The notes beneath the pieces are model-generated. The model had not been told where the DNA came from and did not search any database. It saw only the letters and a program-made list of their open reading frames with translations. DNA of 64,000 bases from Oscillospiraceae bacterium (lineage in GTDB: Bacteria; Bacillota; Clostridia; Monoglobales; Monoglobaceae), in contig SVJR01000004.1 of the NCBI GenBank assembly GCA_015068845.1, positions 10,779 through 74,778 on the forward strand, written 5' to 3'. Positions 32,144-40,753 of the stretch are shown one piece after another (the first letter of the stretch is position 1; every line of letters starts with the position of its first letter). Both the position numbers and the translations under genes were made by a program.

Positions 32144-33486
32144 TATCTCGGTGGATTATAATTGTTCATTCTGCGTCTTTTCCTCTTGCTCTTTTTGAGG
32201 GCACGGACAAAGCCGACTATTATAAGCGTTATGAACGCCACTACCAGACCGAGTGCTGTATAAACCACGAACTTGACTGCACGGAAGCTCCAAAGCCATT
32301 CAAAAAATGTCATTACAAATCCGAAGAAATGGCGTTTTACCTCTTGCGTAGAGCAGAGGTTGACGCTGCCGATTTCCTTGCCGTCATAAGTGAATTTCAC
32401 CTTGCCGATTATCTGACCTGAGGTAATGGGAGCATAGACCTTTTCGGGGATTTCGGTAACAAATTCTATCTTCTCGCTGTCACCGCCTTCGGGGAAAAGT
32501 GCCTCAAGGTTCTTTTCAGCAGAAAGAAGAATATGGTCGGTGCCGTCAGCCGACTGCTTGACCTTTACCTCGCCGAATATATCGTCGCGCTTGGCAAGGG
32601 TTTTAAGGCTGAACGCTGTCAGACCGTACTGCAGGATTTCCTTTGACTCGTTATGCGAAACGGCTATGTCCTCTGCATTGAATACTACCGAAATTACCGA
32701 CTTGCCTTTGTCTTCTGCAGATGCTACCAGACAGTATCCCGCCTCGGAAGTGGAGCCGGTTTTGATACCGGTTGCCTTGTCGTAGAAGTAATAGGGGTAA
32801 CGCATCAGGGATACGAGGTTGTTGGTGTTGATAAAATAGCGCTTGTCGGACATATTGGTTGCCGGCAGATAGATATGCGCACATTCCACAATCCCTTGGA
32901 AGGCCGGGTTCTGCATTGCCGCTCTCGCAAGCTTTGCCATATCCGCCGCCGTGGTGTGGTGGTCCTTGTGGTGCAGACCGTGGGGGTTCACAAACGAGGT
33001 GTTCTCAAGGCCGAGCGCCTTTGCCTTCTCGTTCATACGCATAACAAATTCTTCCACTGTTCCGCATATTCCCTCGGCAATCACCATTGCCGCATCGTTG
33101 CCCGAAGCAATCAAAAGACCTTGCAGAAGTCCCTCAAGGGTCATACTTTCGCCGACCTTGAGTGCGATACTGCTGCCGTCGATATCAAGAGAGTCATACG
33201 CCGCCTGGCTGAGGGTCAGAGGCTGGTCAAGGCTGATTTCACCGTTCTTTACCGCATCAAGTGCCACAAGTGCCGTCATTATCTTGGTGGTGCTGGCAGG
33301 GTACATTACCTTTTCCGAGTTCTTTTCAAACAGCACATTTCCGGTGTTTGCGTCTATAAGAATAACCGCCTCTGCCGTGGGACTTGGCTTAGGAGTCGCA
33401 AAAGCCGGAACTGTCGCACCAAGCATAATTATTGCCGCAAGACACAAACCCATCGCCATGCGAGTGTATGTAATCGCCTTTTTCAT
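32140..33486 (-). CDS. D-alanyl-D-alanine carboxypeptidase (PBP5/DacB-like serine peptidase S11)
   Basis: Signal peptide, SxxK motif (PASTTKIMT), SGN (ASGND), KTG (IKTGST) and a C-terminal TM anchor. The start is placed at MKKAITY (GGAGG upstream). Confidence 0.85.
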   Translation of the reverse strand: MKKAITYTRMAMGLCLAAIIMLGATVPAFATPKPSPTAEAVILIDANTGNVLFEKNSEKVMYPASTTKIMTALVALDAVKNGEISLDQPLTLSQAAYDSLDIDGSSIALKVGESMTLEGLLQGLLIASGNDAAMVIAEGICGTVEEFVMRMNEKAKALGLENTSFVNPHGLHHKDHHTTAADMAKLARAAMQNPAFQGIVECAHIYLPATNMSDKRYFINTNNLVSLMRYPYYFYDKATGIKTGSTSEAGYCLVASAEDKGKSVISVVFNAEDIAVSHNESKEILQYGLTAFSLKTLAKRDDIFGEVKVKQSADGTDHILLSAEKNLEALFPEGGDSEKIEFVTEIPEKVYAPITSGQIIGKVKFTYDGKEIGSVNLCSTQEVKRHFFGFVMTFFEWLWSFRAVKFVVYTALGLVVAFITLIIVGFVRALKKSKRKRRRMNNYNPPRY

Positions 33487-33533
33487 CTCTTTTCCTCCAA
33501 CATTGTATTCACAGCAAGCAATATGCCGCTGCA

Positions 33534-34241
33534 TTATTCATTGCTAAGCTTTTTGAGTCTGTCCTGCTCCGCCTGAGAAAGCCGCACATATTCGGGGACA
33601 AGCTCGGAATAACTCACCGTTTCGCCCGATTTGAACTTTTCAAGACCGATTTCCGCAACCGCTCCCGCAAGGTTCATGCAGGTTGTTTTTGGAGCAAAAA
33701 ACGCACGCTCGCCCAAAGCTTCACGAATTTCGTCCTCAAATACCAGCGTTCCGTCGCCCATAAAGATAACATCACGGTCATAAGCCTTAAGTTCTTCCAG
33801 AAGCTCTGAAAGAGCAAGAGCTCGGTCGGGAGTCATTCGGGCGGCATTTTCCTTTTTGCAATCAAACAATGCATTGTAAACCTGATTGCGTCTTGCGTCA
33901 AGGATGGGAGCAATAATCCCGTCAAAATACCTTGAAGAATACGCCAGAGCCTCCAATGTGGATACCGCAATGCAGGGCTTTTGTGCCGCCTGAGCCATCG
34001 CCTTTGCCGTTGCAACGCCGATACGCACACCCGTGAACGAGCCGGGGCCAACCGCCGCCGCAAACGCATCAACCGATTTCGGGTCAATGCCGCAAATCTT
34101 AAACATTTCCTCGACCTGCGGCATCATCATCTGGGAATGGGTTTTGCCGTGGTTCACCACCGTCTGGGCAACCAGAACCCTCTCGTCAACCAATGCCGCC
34201 GTTGCCGCCATACAGCAGGTATCTATTCCGAATATAAGCAT
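33534..34241 (-). CDS. tsaB: tRNA t6A37 biosynthesis protein TsaB
   Basis: MLIFGIDTCC...VGPGSFTGVRIGVATAKAMA motif. It lies adjacent to tsaE. Confidence 0.85.
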   Translation of the reverse strand: MLIFGIDTCCMAATAALVDERVLVAQTVVNHGKTHSQMMMPQVEEMFKICGIDPKSVDAFAAAVGPGSFTGVRIGVATAKAMAQAAQKPCIAVSTLEALAYSSRYFDGIIAPILDARRNQVYNALFDCKKENAARMTPDRALALSELLEELKAYDRDVIFMGDGTLVFEDEIREALGERAFFAPKTTCMNLAGAVAEIGLEKFKSGETVSYSELVPEYVRLSQAEQDRLKKLSNE

Positions 34242-34251
34242 AATTTACTCC

Positions 34252-34680
34252 TTATTCAATGGTAATTTTTCTGTAATCGTCGCCCTTTTCGGGGTCTTTT
34301 TCTATCCTTACATCAATATAGCCGTCGGGCAGAACAGCTTCTATGTTCACCGCCCACTCGATAAGGCAGATTCCTTCACCAAAGAAGTAGTCGTCCATCC
34401 AGTCGCAGCTGTCGGCGATGACATTTTCAAGCCGGTACGCATCAAAATGGTACACAGTCAAATCACCGCTATATTCATTTACCATAGTAAAGGTGGGGCT
34501 TGACACTTCGTCTGCAGGAATGCCAAAAAACCCTGCCACACCCTTTGTAAACGCGGTTTTGCCCGCACCAAGCTCGCCCGAGAGTGCGATTATATCGCCG
34601 GGCTTCAGGTTTTTGGCAAATTCCTTTGCAAGCTCCATTGTTTCTGCCGCACTGCGGCTTTCGTATATCTTCATCAGCAT
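34252..34680 (-). CDS. tsaE: tRNA t6A37 biosynthesis ATPase TsaE
   Basis: LSGELGAGKTAFTKG Walker A and SPTFTMVNEY...HFDAYRL motifs. Confidence 0.85.
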   Translation of the reverse strand: MLMKIYESRSAAETMELAKEFAKNLKPGDIIALSGELGAGKTAFTKGVAGFFGIPADEVSSPTFTMVNEYSGDLTVYHFDAYRLENVIADSCDWMDDYFFGEGICLIEWAVNIEAVLPDGYIDVRIEKDPEKGDDYRKITIE

Positions 34681-34817
34681 TTTCGTCCAATCAATAATGT
34701 ATCTTTATTTTATTTTACCGATATTTGAGTATAAAGTCAATACAAAACTATTGAAATTTGATTTATTTTGATATATAATCAAAGTATAATTTTTATCGAA
34801 AAAAGGGGAACCTTGTT

Positions 34818-35315
34818 ATGGAAAAGAAAAGAGTTGACAAACACAACTATTATCTGGATATAGCTGAAACAGTTATTGAGCGAGGCACCTGTATCCGCCG
34901 CAACTTTGGCGCAATCATTGTTAAGAACGACGAAATTGTATCAACCGGCTACACCGGCGCACCCCGCGGCCGCGAAAACTGCTGCACAACGGGCGTTTGT
35001 ATCCGTGAAAAGCTGGCTATCCCCCGTGGCGAGCGTTACGAGCTGTGCCGCAGCGTTCACGCAGAGGCGAACTGCATCATCAGCGCCGCACGCAGAGATA
35101 TGATAGATGCCACACTTTACCTTGTGGGTAAGGACTATAACACCGGAGAATTGGTAGAAAACACCTCAAGCTGTTCGATGTGCAAGCGTCTTATCATCAA
35201 TGCCGGCATCAAACGCGTGATCATACGAAACACCCCCACCGAATACACCATCGTCAATGTCGAAAAGGAATGGGTCGAAAATGACGAATCTCTGGAAGGC
35301 ATTCTGGGTTACTAA
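34818..35315 (+). CDS. dCMP/cytidine deaminase-family zinc enzyme (ComEB-like)
   Basis: VHAEANCI and CSMCKRLIINAG (PCxxC-type) zinc-binding motifs. Confidence 0.85.
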   Translation: MEKKRVDKHNYYLDIAETVIERGTCIRRNFGAIIVKNDEIVSTGYTGAPRGRENCCTTGVCIREKLAIPRGERYELCRSVHAEANCIISAARRDMIDATLYLVGKDYNTGELVENTSSCSMCKRLIINAGIKRVIIRNTPTEYTIVNVEKEWVENDESLEGILGY

Positions 35316-35328
35316 CCACTCCAAGTTT

Positions 35329-35357
35329 GTCATTCTGAGGCACCGCCGAAGAATCTT
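35329..35357. repeat. Family-A repeat copy
   Basis: gtcattctgaggcaccgccgaagaatctt, between the convergent deaminase and PFK genes. Confidence 0.65.
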
Positions 35358-35412
35358 TCCAAAAACATAAAATCCCTTGCAAAATTTTGCAAGGGATTTT
35401 TTTGTCCTTATA

Positions 35413-36627
35413 TTAAAGCTTAGGAGCAAATTGCAAGCTACCGCCTTTATATATGAGGTCAGGCTCGCCTGTGATAAGAGGACGGGCATATTCGCAGAAC
35501 TTGTCTGTGAGACCAAAGCCGTCTGCGGTAATCATCTCGTCGGGAATCTTCTTTTCAAAGTTTGCAATATCACAAACAGGCAGGGGAACAATTTCCATAT
35601 TATAGGGGTTGTTGGAGATTCTCTTAAAGCCTGCCATCATTCCGGTATGACCGGCAATGGCAAATTCAACACCCTTAACACCTGCGTTAAAGGCCTCGGT
35701 CACATCGCAGAGTGATGTTCCCGCTGCAAAGCATCTCTGGAGAGTGCTCAGCTCGATGCTGCGTGTCTTGAAGCCAAGCTCGGATGCAATCCAGCCTTCA
35801 ACAGTCTTGCCGGCGCCGCCAAGTGCCGCATGGCCGAACTTATCGCCTCTGGAATTGTTTTCCTTTATGTAGTTGCCGTCCTTGTCACGAATACCCTCGG
35901 AAACAGCAATCATAATTGTCTTTTTGGTTTTGCTTACTTCCTCAACCTTTTTGATGAACGAATCTGCATCAAATGCGCGTTCGGGCAGGCAGATAATGTC
36001 TGCTGCAGAAAGCTCGCTGTCGTTTGCCAAAGCTGCAGCTGCGGTCAGCCAGCCGGCGTTTCTGCCCATTGCCTCAAGAACAACAACCGACTGCATTTTG
36101 TACACATCGGTGTCAAGCGCAATCTGGCGCATACAGTTTGAAACAAACTTTGCCGCAGAGCCATAACCCGGGGTGTGGTCGGTAATCACCAAGTCGTTAT
36201 CAACTGTTTTGGGAACGCCGATAACACGGATGCTCTTGCCCTTTTCAGCAGCATAAGCACTCAGCTTATTTGTGGTGTCCATAGAATCGTTACCGCCGAT
36301 ACAGCAAAGATAACCGATGTTATATTTTTCAAGCACCTCAAAAATTCTGTCATAGAATGCATCGTCGCTGCCAAGCGGAGGCAATTTTTTACGGCATGAG
36401 CCCAGATATGATGCCGGAGTCTGCTTCAAGAGTCTGAGGTTCTCCTCATTTTTAAAGATGTCCAGTTCACGGATTGTCTCGTTTTCAACGCCTTCAATAC
36501 CGTTAAGGCTTCCGTAAACCTTTCCGATTTTTTCCGGATGGTCAAAGCCGCCCTTGATTACGCCTGCAAGTGATGCATTGATAACCGCAGTAGGGCCACC
36601 GGACTGAAGTACCAGTAAATTTTCCAT
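35413..36627 (-). CDS. 6-phosphofructokinase, PfkA family (long, PPi-PFK-like subtype)
   Basis: LVLQSGGPTAVINASL, CIGGNDSM and GVPKTVDNDL motifs, 404 aa. The phosphoryl-donor specificity cannot be decided from the sequence alone. Confidence 0.85.
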   Translation of the reverse strand: MENLLVLQSGGPTAVINASLAGVIKGGFDHPEKIGKVYGSLNGIEGVENETIRELDIFKNEENLRLLKQTPASYLGSCRKKLPPLGSDDAFYDRIFEVLEKYNIGYLCCIGGNDSMDTTNKLSAYAAEKGKSIRVIGVPKTVDNDLVITDHTPGYGSAAKFVSNCMRQIALDTDVYKMQSVVVLEAMGRNAGWLTAAAALANDSELSAADIICLPERAFDADSFIKKVEEVSKTKKTIMIAVSEGIRDKDGNYIKENNSRGDKFGHAALGGAGKTVEGWIASELGFKTRSIELSTLQRCFAAGTSLCDVTEAFNAGVKGVEFAIAGHTGMMAGFKRISNNPYNMEIVPLPVCDIANFEKKIPDEMITADGFGLTDKFCEYARPLITGEPDLIYKGGSLQFAPKL

Positions 36628-36764
36628 TATTCATCCCTAACCTTTCATAATTTCAGTTTTTACTCTTTTATTTTAACACCTTTTACCTTTTTTGTAAAGA
36701 ACATTTATTTAATTGACCTTTACAAAAGTTTATGCTACAATATTTTGGAAAGGCAGGTCGTTTT

Positions 36765-37520
36765 ATGAAAGCATTAATCACCGGAGCAAGCTCGGGTATC
36801 GGCAGAGATATGGCACATATTCTCCACGCAAAAGGCATTGAGCTGTGGCTTGTTGCACGCCGCGAGGACAGACTTCGCGAGCTTAAAGATTTTCTGGGCG
36901 ACAGCGTACACATTTTGGCTCTTGACCTTGGTAACGAGGAGAATTGTCACATTCTTTACAATGAATTAAAGGACAAAGATATTGATATTGTAATTAACAA
37001 TGCAGGCTTTGGCCAGTTTGGATTTTTCACCGATGTTGCGCTTGACCGCGAGCTTGAAATGATTGACCTTAATATCCGTGCTCCGCATATACTGACAAAG
37101 CTATTCCTGCGGGACTTTGAAGAACGCGGTAGCGGATATATCCTGAATGTTGCCTCGTCTGCGGCATTTTTGCCGGGGCCGCTTATGTCGGTTTACTATT
37201 CAACCAAGGCGTACCTGTACCGGCTGACCCTTGCAATCTACGAGGAGCTACGCCGGAAGGACAGCCGTGTTTATGTAGGCGTTTTATGCCCCGGTCCGGT
37301 GGAAACCGAATTCAACAGCTGTGCCGGGGTGCGGTTCAGTATAAAGAGCCTTACCTCTATGGCTGTAGCAAGGTATGCAATTGAAAAAATGTTTAAGAAA
37401 AAGCTTGTGATTGTGCCCGGACTTACCGTCCGGCTGGGAACAGTTTTCCAAAGGCTTGTCCCAACAAAGCTTTTACTAAAAATATCATATCATATCCAAC
37501 ACTCAAAGGAAAAGGGGTAG
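36765..37520 (+). CDS. Short-chain dehydrogenase/reductase
   Basis: MKALITGASSGIGRDMA, NNAG and YSTKAY (YxxxK) motifs. Confidence 0.8.
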   Translation: MKALITGASSGIGRDMAHILHAKGIELWLVARREDRLRELKDFLGDSVHILALDLGNEENCHILYNELKDKDIDIVINNAGFGQFGFFTDVALDRELEMIDLNIRAPHILTKLFLRDFEERGSGYILNVASSAAFLPGPLMSVYYSTKAYLYRLTLAIYEELRRKDSRVYVGVLCPGPVETEFNSCAGVRFSIKSLTSMAVARYAIEKMFKKKLVIVPGLTVRLGTVFQRLVPTKLLLKISYHIQHSKEKG

Positions 37521-37529
37521 TATCTAAAT

Positions 37530-37604
37530 GTCATTCTGAGCCAAAGGCGAAGCATCTTTTCCCCATTGCATCTGCTAAAATGATTCGACTGCACTCAGCA
37601 TGAC
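37530..37604. repeat. Inverted pair of family-A repeats
   Basis: gtcattctgagccaaaggcgaagcatctt ... gattcgactgcactcagcatgac (inverted orientation). Confidence 0.6.
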
Positions 37605-37889
37605 AACACCCATTAATCAAGGGCAAAAATTAGCCCGATATTCTTTATATCGGGAGTTAAAAAGTGAGTTCGAAACCATCCTCACTCAGCTAACGGGATA
37701 TTCCCCAATAGCTGGGGGGATAGAAGAATTGAAAAGCGTGTGCTCGGTGCGGGGTAAATTTCCTGCACCGAGTCGCAGAGTTTAAGACGAGCAAATTTTT
37801 ATGTCAGAGAAGTTAAAAGCGGAGCGAATACTTTGTGTATTTGCGAGCATTTTTACGCACTATGACACAAAATTTGCCGACTTAAACCA

Positions 37890-37930
37890 TACGGGATTCA
37901 ACTCTTCTACCCCCTTAAACAAAACTAAGG
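37890..37930 (+). promoter_or_regulatory. Probable preQ1-I riboswitch overlapping the queT RBS
   Basis: ACGGGAUUCAACUCUUCUACCCCCUUAAACAAAACUAAGG has a short GGG/CCC stem, a UUC-containing loop and an A-rich tail ending in the SD. Compare the recalled Thermoanaerobacter preQ1-I tail UUAACAAAACAAGG. It lies directly upstream of a QueT gene. Confidence 0.55.
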
Positions 37931-37941
37931 AGCGATTTATT

Positions 37942-38424
37942 ATGAAAAGAAAAAATGGTGTACGGTTCACTGTACAGGGTGCAGCAGTTGCGGCACTTTA
38001 TGTTGTGCTGACCTTTGTGTCAGCGTTTTTCGGTCTGTCAAGTCAGGCGATTCAGCTTCGGCTGTCGGAGGCACTCTGCGTACTTCCCGTATTCTTTCCG
38101 GCGGCAGTCCCCGGACTTTTCGTCGGCTGTATAATTGCAAACTTCCTCACCGGCAGTATTTTTATCGATGTTATTTTCGGTAGTATTGCAACTCTTATCG
38201 GCGCAATCGGGACACGGCTTTTAAGACAGCACAAACTTCTCTGTCTCACGCCCCCGATACTCTCAAACACCTTGATTATTCCGTTTGTTCTGGCATTTGC
38301 CTACAAATTTGAAGGGTCGATATTTTACTTTATGCTGACCGTTGGTCTTGGCGAGCTGCTCTCCTGCGGAGTTTTGGGGTACTTCCTCGCTGCAGCACTT
38401 AAAAAGAGAATAAAAAATATGTAA
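37942..38424 (+). CDS. queT: Queuosine-precursor transporter QueT family
   Basis: About 160 aa with 5 TM helices. The LSEALCVLPVFFPAAVPGLFVGCIIAN pattern is QueT-like. The ATG at 37942 follows AAGGAG. Confidence 0.8.
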   Translation: MKRKNGVRFTVQGAAVAALYVVLTFVSAFFGLSSQAIQLRLSEALCVLPVFFPAAVPGLFVGCIIANFLTGSIFIDVIFGSIATLIGAIGTRLLRQHKLLCLTPPILSNTLIIPFVLAFAYKFEGSIFYFMLTVGLGELLSCGVLGYFLAAALKKRIKNM

Positions 38425-38434
38425 CAAGACAAAT

Positions 38435-38490
38435 GTCATTCCGAGCGATGCGAGGAATCTTAGGATTCTTCGGCTTTGCCTCAGAATGAC
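38435..38490. repeat. Back-to-back inverted family-A repeats forming a long hairpin between the convergent queT and ptsH genes
   Basis: gtcattccgagcgatgcgaggaatctt-a-ggattcttcggctttgcctcagaatgac. Confidence 0.7.
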
Positions 38491-38497
38491 ATCTTTT

Positions 38498-38755
38498 TTA
38501 AAGGTTTTCTTCAAAGAATTTCTGCATTGCATCGGCTACGGCTTCCTCGTCGTCACCTTCAACGGTTATCCGGATTTCGTCGTCCTTTTTTGCGCCAAGA
38601 CCCATAACCGAAAAAATTTTTTTGGCGTCTGCAGACTTTTCGCCCTTAAAAAGCTTGATATCTGCACCAAAACCTGTTGCCGCCTTGACAAGAAGACCTG
38701 CCGGCCGTGCGTGAATTCCTACCTCGTCTTTTATTTTGTATACGAATTCCTTCAT
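38498..38755 (-). CDS. ptsH: Phosphocarrier protein HPr
   Basis: GIHARPAG active-site His motif and KSADAKKIFSVMGLG Ser-46-like region. The start is placed at MKEF (AAGGAG 8 nt upstream). Confidence 0.9.
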   Translation of the reverse strand: MKEFVYKIKDEVGIHARPAGLLVKAATGFGADIKLFKGEKSADAKKIFSVMGLGAKKDDEIRITVEGDDEEAVADAMQKFFEENL

Positions 38756-38871
38756 TTGTGACACTCCTTTTGAAATAATTATTTTTAGTATGCCCGCAAA
38801 TTACAAAAATAAATAATTTTTGAATAAACCCTTGATTTTTCAAAGAAATTGTAGTATACTGTTTTAGTCTC

Positions 38872-38963
38872 GGAGAGGTGGTCGAGATGGTTTAAGGCGC
38901 AGCATTGGAAATGCTGTGTACGTTTATAGCGTACCGTGGGTTCGAATCCCATCCTCTCCTCCA
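38872..38963 (+). tRNA. tRNA-Ser (anticodon GGA) with a long variable arm and encoded CCA
   Basis: Acceptor GGAGAGG/CCTCTCC. Anticodon arm CAGCA-TTGGAAA-TGCTG. Variable arm GTACG..CGTAC. T-arm GTGGGTTCGAATCCCAT. A TTGATT-N17-TATACT promoter lies upstream. Confidence 0.9.
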
Positions 38964-38969
38964 GAAAAA

Positions 38970-39003
38970 AAGACAGATTTCGCATCGAAATCTGTCTTTT
39001 TTT
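38970..39003 (+). terminator. Intrinsic terminator after tRNA-Ser
   Basis: AAGACAGATTTCG-CAT-CGAAATCTGTCTT followed by a T-run. Confidence 0.6.
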
Positions 39004-39004
39004 C

Positions 39005-39125
39005 AGCTAAATTCGCTAACGCGAGCTAAATTGAGCAAGCTCAGCTAAATTGCCTGCGGCAGCTAAATGTGCTTCGCACGCTATAAGCGAATTTAATTTA
39101 GCTACTCCGAAGGAGTTATTTAGCT
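39005..39125. repeat. Mini-array of AGCTAAAT octamers: four direct copies, then two inverted copies
   Basis: AGCTAAAT at 39005, 39024, 39043 and 39061 (spacing 19, 19 and 18 nt). ATTTAGCT at 39096 and 39118. Each unit carries a different 3-4 bp mini-palindrome. Confidence 0.5.
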
Positions 39126-39361
39126 ATCGAACGAAGTGAGATAATTTCGCTTTGCAACCTGTTGCAAAATTTAGCAAAAACTAAAATATCTCTATGGTTC
39201 TGCTTTTTTCAATGTAATAAAATCAAACTGCAACTATCTCCATATCCCGTCTTGTTACCGCTTTATTATTTTTTTCAAAAAAATCCCTATATTCCCATAA
39301 AAACCTTGCTGTTTTTGACCTATTGCCCAAAGTTTTGTTCATAATTTGTACAAATTTAGTA

Positions 39362-39390
39362 TTGAAAGGGTGTCCCGTTTAAGGTATAAT
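39362..39390 (+). promoter_or_regulatory. Consensus-like promoter TTGAAA-N17-TATAAT for the polysaccharide locus
   Basis: Hand-counted 17-nt spacer. It is followed by a leader of about 120 nt containing the hairpin GTGGCA..TGCCAC. Confidence 0.5.
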
Positions 39391-39514
39391 GAAATATATA
39401 CTTGTGGCATTATGTCTTTTTGCCACCTTATATAAAATTCTTTGATTTGGCATACTGTTTTAGCAGCTCGAGATATCATCGTATGTCTTTACAAAACCTT
39501 TGGAGGAAATACTT

Positions 39515-40693
39515 ATGAAAGCAGCCTTAATAGCCACTAACGCTGCCTCGATGGTCCGACTTTTTAACGAAAACAACATTCAACTTCTTTTAGATGCCGG
39601 ATACGAAGTGCATATCGCTTGTAACTTCGAAAAAAACAACACCTTTCCGCAAGAGGAAGTTGACAAGTGTAAGGCCGATTGGGAAAGCCGAGGACTTGTT
39701 TTGCACCAGTTTGCCACAAACAGAAGCCCCTTGAGTCTCGATAATCTGAAGGCATTCTTCGACCTTAGAAAAATACTCAGCAAAAAACACTTTGACCTTG
39801 TTCATTGCCATGCCCCGATAAGTTCGGTTATTTGCCGGCTTGCCGCAAAAAAACACCGTCGCAAGGGCACAAAGGTTATGTATACCGCCCACGGCTTTCA
39901 CTTTTTCAAGGGTGCGCCGCTCCTTAACTGGCTTGTATACTTCCCCATCGAATGGTTCTGCTCATTTTTCACCGATATACTTATAACCATCAATAAGGAA
40001 GACTTTGCTTTTGCAAAAAAACATATGCACGCAAAAAACACCGAGTACATACCGGGCGTTGGCGTTGATACCGTTAGCCTGAAAAACATAACCATTAACC
40101 GCGAAGAAAAACGCGAAGAGCTTGGAATTCCGCTTGACAGCATTGCTGTCCTCTCGGTCGGCGAGCTTAATGCCAACAAAAATCACGAGGTTGTTCTCCG
40201 CGCAATTGCAAAGCTTGACAGAAAAGACATCGTATATGTAATTTGCGGTATCGGCAAGAAAGAAGCCTTTCTCATTGACCTTGCAAAGGAGCTGGGACTG
40301 GATAACCGACTGATACTTTTGGGATACCGTACTGACATTGCCGAAATTAACAAATGCTGTGATATTTTTGCCTTTCCTTCCTTGCGCGAGGGTTTACCCG
40401 TTTCGCTTCTGGAAGCAGTTTCTGTGGGCCTTCCTGCCGTTGTTTCAAAAACGCGCGGAAACAGGGACATAATCGACGGCAAAAACGGATTTTTATGTAA
40501 AGCCGATTGCCCCAATGAATTTGCCGACGCCATCCTGCGCCTTGCAGAAAGTCCGGACCTGCGCCGTGAAATATCCCTTACCGCAATGTCCACAGCAGCA
40601 AAATTTGATATTTCAAATATTAACAGCCTTATGCCGTCGTTCTACACCGGCGCAAACATAGAGACCAATGTTGCCGATACGGCTCTTGTGTGA
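39515..40693 (+). CDS. Glycosyltransferase family 4 (GT-B, Glyco_trans_4_2-type N-terminus)
   Basis: MKAALIATNAASMVRLF...HIACNF N-domain and a FPSLREGLPVSLLEA C-domain EX7E-like motif. The ATG at 39515 follows GGAGG. Confidence 0.8.
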   Translation: MKAALIATNAASMVRLFNENNIQLLLDAGYEVHIACNFEKNNTFPQEEVDKCKADWESRGLVLHQFATNRSPLSLDNLKAFFDLRKILSKKHFDLVHCHAPISSVICRLAAKKHRRKGTKVMYTAHGFHFFKGAPLLNWLVYFPIEWFCSFFTDILITINKEDFAFAKKHMHAKNTEYIPGVGVDTVSLKNITINREEKREELGIPLDSIAVLSVGELNANKNHEVVLRAIAKLDRKDIVYVICGIGKKEAFLIDLAKELGLDNRLILLGYRTDIAEINKCCDIFAFPSLREGLPVSLLEAVSVGLPAVVSKTRGNRDIIDGKNGFLCKADCPNEFADAILRLAESPDLRREISLTAMSTAAKFDISNINSLMPSFYTGANIETNVADTALV

Positions 40694-40753
40694 TTGATTA
40701 ATACCGCTTACACCCGGAATATCAAGGTTAAAAACCGCAAAGGAGCAACTAAA

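Noticed and set aside
37664-37685. A tRNA-like T-arm (GTGAGTTCGAAACCATCCTCAC) that might indicate a tRNA or tmRNA gene
   Set aside because: No acceptor stem, D-arm or anticodon arm can be assembled around it. It is most likely a chance GTTCGAA-containing hairpin within the repeat-rich spacer.
37600-37785. A 61-aa ORF (MTTPINQGQKLARYSLYRELK...) in the SDR/queT spacer
   Set aside because: Its ATG lies inside a family-A repeat and no RBS precedes it. The ORF spans four strong hairpins and ends in Arg/Pro-rich junk. It is more likely non-coding.
37801-37941. A 47-residue N-terminal extension of the queT ORF
   Set aside because: The extension would be translated through the preQ1-like aptamer and has no RBS. 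The internal ATG at 37942 has AAGGAG at the proper spacing and begins the first TM helix.
39005-39125. A possible CRISPR array, because the AGCTAAAT repeats are regularly spaced
   Set aside because: The repeat is only 8 nt long and the spacers are about 11 nt. The copies change orientation and no cas genes are present. This is far below CRISPR dimensions, so it is reported as a mini-array of unknown function instead.
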